64,000 bases of DNA, from assembly GCF_001194135.2 (NCBI RefSeq), contig NC_069007.1, positions 21,642,827 through 21,706,826 on the forward strand. The letters are read 5' to 3'. Below are positions 62,123 to 64,000 of this stretch, piece after piece; position 1 is the first letter of the stretch, and each line of letters starts with the position of its first letter. Both the position numbers and the translations under genes were made by a program. Origin of the DNA: Octopus bimaculoides. Lineage: Eukaryota. The notes under the pieces are model-generated. The model searched no databases and had not been told where the DNA came from. It saw nothing but the letters and a program-made list of their open reading frames with translations.

Positions 62123-62814
62123 CATATATATAGAGAATAAACTAATAACGAAGATGCAATATCAACGATTTATTCTTTATGCTTTTCCTAATAAAATCCG
62201 TGATTATTACTTTGCATTTAGTTGGTGCTCAACCTCAGAATTACAAAAGGCATGTCACATTATACATGAAATGTAAACAATAACAATCTATGTGGATTGT
62301 CATGCTGGGCGATTTAGTCAGCTGAGTTTGATTTCTAGAGTACTTAATGGGCTATCCACCTGGATATATTCATTTCCCTATTTTCCCATACTTATAATAG
62401 TAAATACCCTTTTCTGTTTAATATTATCACTTGATTCAGTTATGAAGAGTTTAGTCCATCAGTTAAAACCGCCTGTATGTATTTTGAGTCTGATATTTAT
62501 TTTAGCAATTTTTTTTTTATAGATGAACTGCTCTGAATCATACAGGCACACAAAGTAACACCAGTTGTCAAACAGACACACATTTACATATATTACACAC
62601 ACACACACAAACATATATACATACATATATCTGCATGGATAGATAGATAGATACACAATACAAAAATATTTTAAAGCGCTTTCAAGAATAATAAGTAAGC
62701 ATTTACTAATGGTGTGGCTAAACTGGGTGGAGTTAAAATTATTAGGAACAGTTGAGTCAACAGGTGAAATTTGAAGTCTCAGTCAACTTGATCTATAGAC
62801 TGTATATATATGCC

Positions 62815-62845
<31 letters not shown>

Positions 62846-64000
62846 CGGCATGTCTGGGGCGGGGGGAAGACTCTTACCACCCAACCAACCGTGTGATCTT
62901 GGTTCAGTCAACTGTGTGGCACCTTGGGGGCAAATGTCTCCTACTGCTCTCGACCAACCAAAAGCCTTGTGAGAGAGTTGGTAGACGGAAACCGAAAGAA
63001 GCTTGTCGTATGCGTAAATGTGTGTGTGCGAGCGCGCGCAACCCACCACCACTTGAAAAAGCCCGTGAATTAGCGGTTCGGCAAAAGACAACCGATAGAA
63101 TAAGTACCAGGCCGTGCCCCAGCATGGGCGCATCCCAATGACTAAAACAAGTAAAAGGAGGCGCGCGGCGAAAAAGAGATGGGAGGAAGAGAAATTATGT
63201 TTTGAAAAACAATTCTCATATGAAAGAGAGAACCGGCTTTGGAAACGGATTGAGAGTGATAGAGAAAGACAAAATGGTAGATACACGATGTAGGAGTGAG
63301 TGGGTTAAGAGCCGAGAGTCAGCGGCGCGAAATCGACCGCTACACGTGTTTTATGAGAGCTGTGTAAACAACGTGAGTGTGAGAGAGATTTGGGAGGAGA
63401 GAGAGAGAGAGGGGATGAGGAGGAATGACAGAGAGAGAGAGGTAAAAATATTGAGAAGCGGTAGAGGGGGAAAGTAGAAGCAAAGAGAGAGACAGAGACA
63501 GAGACAGAAGAAAGAGGGGGAGAGTGAGGGGCATATGGCAGTGTTGAAACTGAACAGCGGTCTTAGCAATAGATCCTCAACTCTTGCTTCTAGTAATGCC
63601 TTGTATACAGCATACATACACATATACATATATATATATGCACACACACACATACACACAGAATTATCAATGAGTTGAATGGTGTTGGAAAATCACACAC
63701 ACACACACACATGCGTTGATATACTAACACAGGTTAAAACCACCATTCAACTATTACTATTAACAGGACCCACAAAAATTAGGCATCTTTATAATTTTCC
63801 TTTTGATGTATAATACTGCTTCATTATGTAACGATTTCCATAACGTCTTTAATTCCGTTTCATAGGCTTGTTAAGCAGCCGAACGCAAATACATGTTGTA
63901 ACAAGAATTATAGATAGTGGCTGATATATCGGTGTAATGGAGGGAGTTACGTCTCTAATGGGAAAATGATTGTGTCGAGCTGGGTCACAAAAGCCTTTCC

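Noticed and set aside
1-64000. CRISPR arrays, rRNA, genuine tRNA genes, prokaryotic operons
   Set aside because: None seen. The tRNA-like A/B boxes belong to SINE heads and the regular repeats are microsatellites or minisatellites.

Overview
Eukaryotic, AT-rich, microsatellite- and SINE-dense genomic DNA with several N gaps. The repeat families and texture suggest a coleoid cephalopod, probably Octopus (inference). Two spliced genes converge tail-to-tail. (1) Plus strand, 2859-9552: an 8-exon gene I reconstructed with consistent splice phases (1158 nt, 385 aa). It encodes a signal peptide plus two tandem SOUL/haem-binding-like domains. (2) Minus strand, 54764 to 16408: ARID2 (BAF200, PBAF subunit). 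It has 19 phase-consistent coding exons (6450 nt), including a 4135-nt low-complexity exon, plus a candidate extra in-frame 117-nt cassette exon. The first two ARID-domain exons were not found. Introns and intergenic DNA hold tRNA-derived SINEs, decayed RTE-type LINEs, a decayed mariner, and piggyBac-, hAT- and Tc1-like MITEs. The most unusual signal is a tRNA-headed SINE at about 55066-55345 carrying a minimal Penelope-type hammerhead ribozyme with a palindromic helix III, lying sense to the ARID2 pre-mRNA. A second, unrelated minimal hammerhead candidate lies at 38661-38705. Exon boundaries were read by eye from GT-AG sites and frame continuity. Repeat boundaries are approximate.
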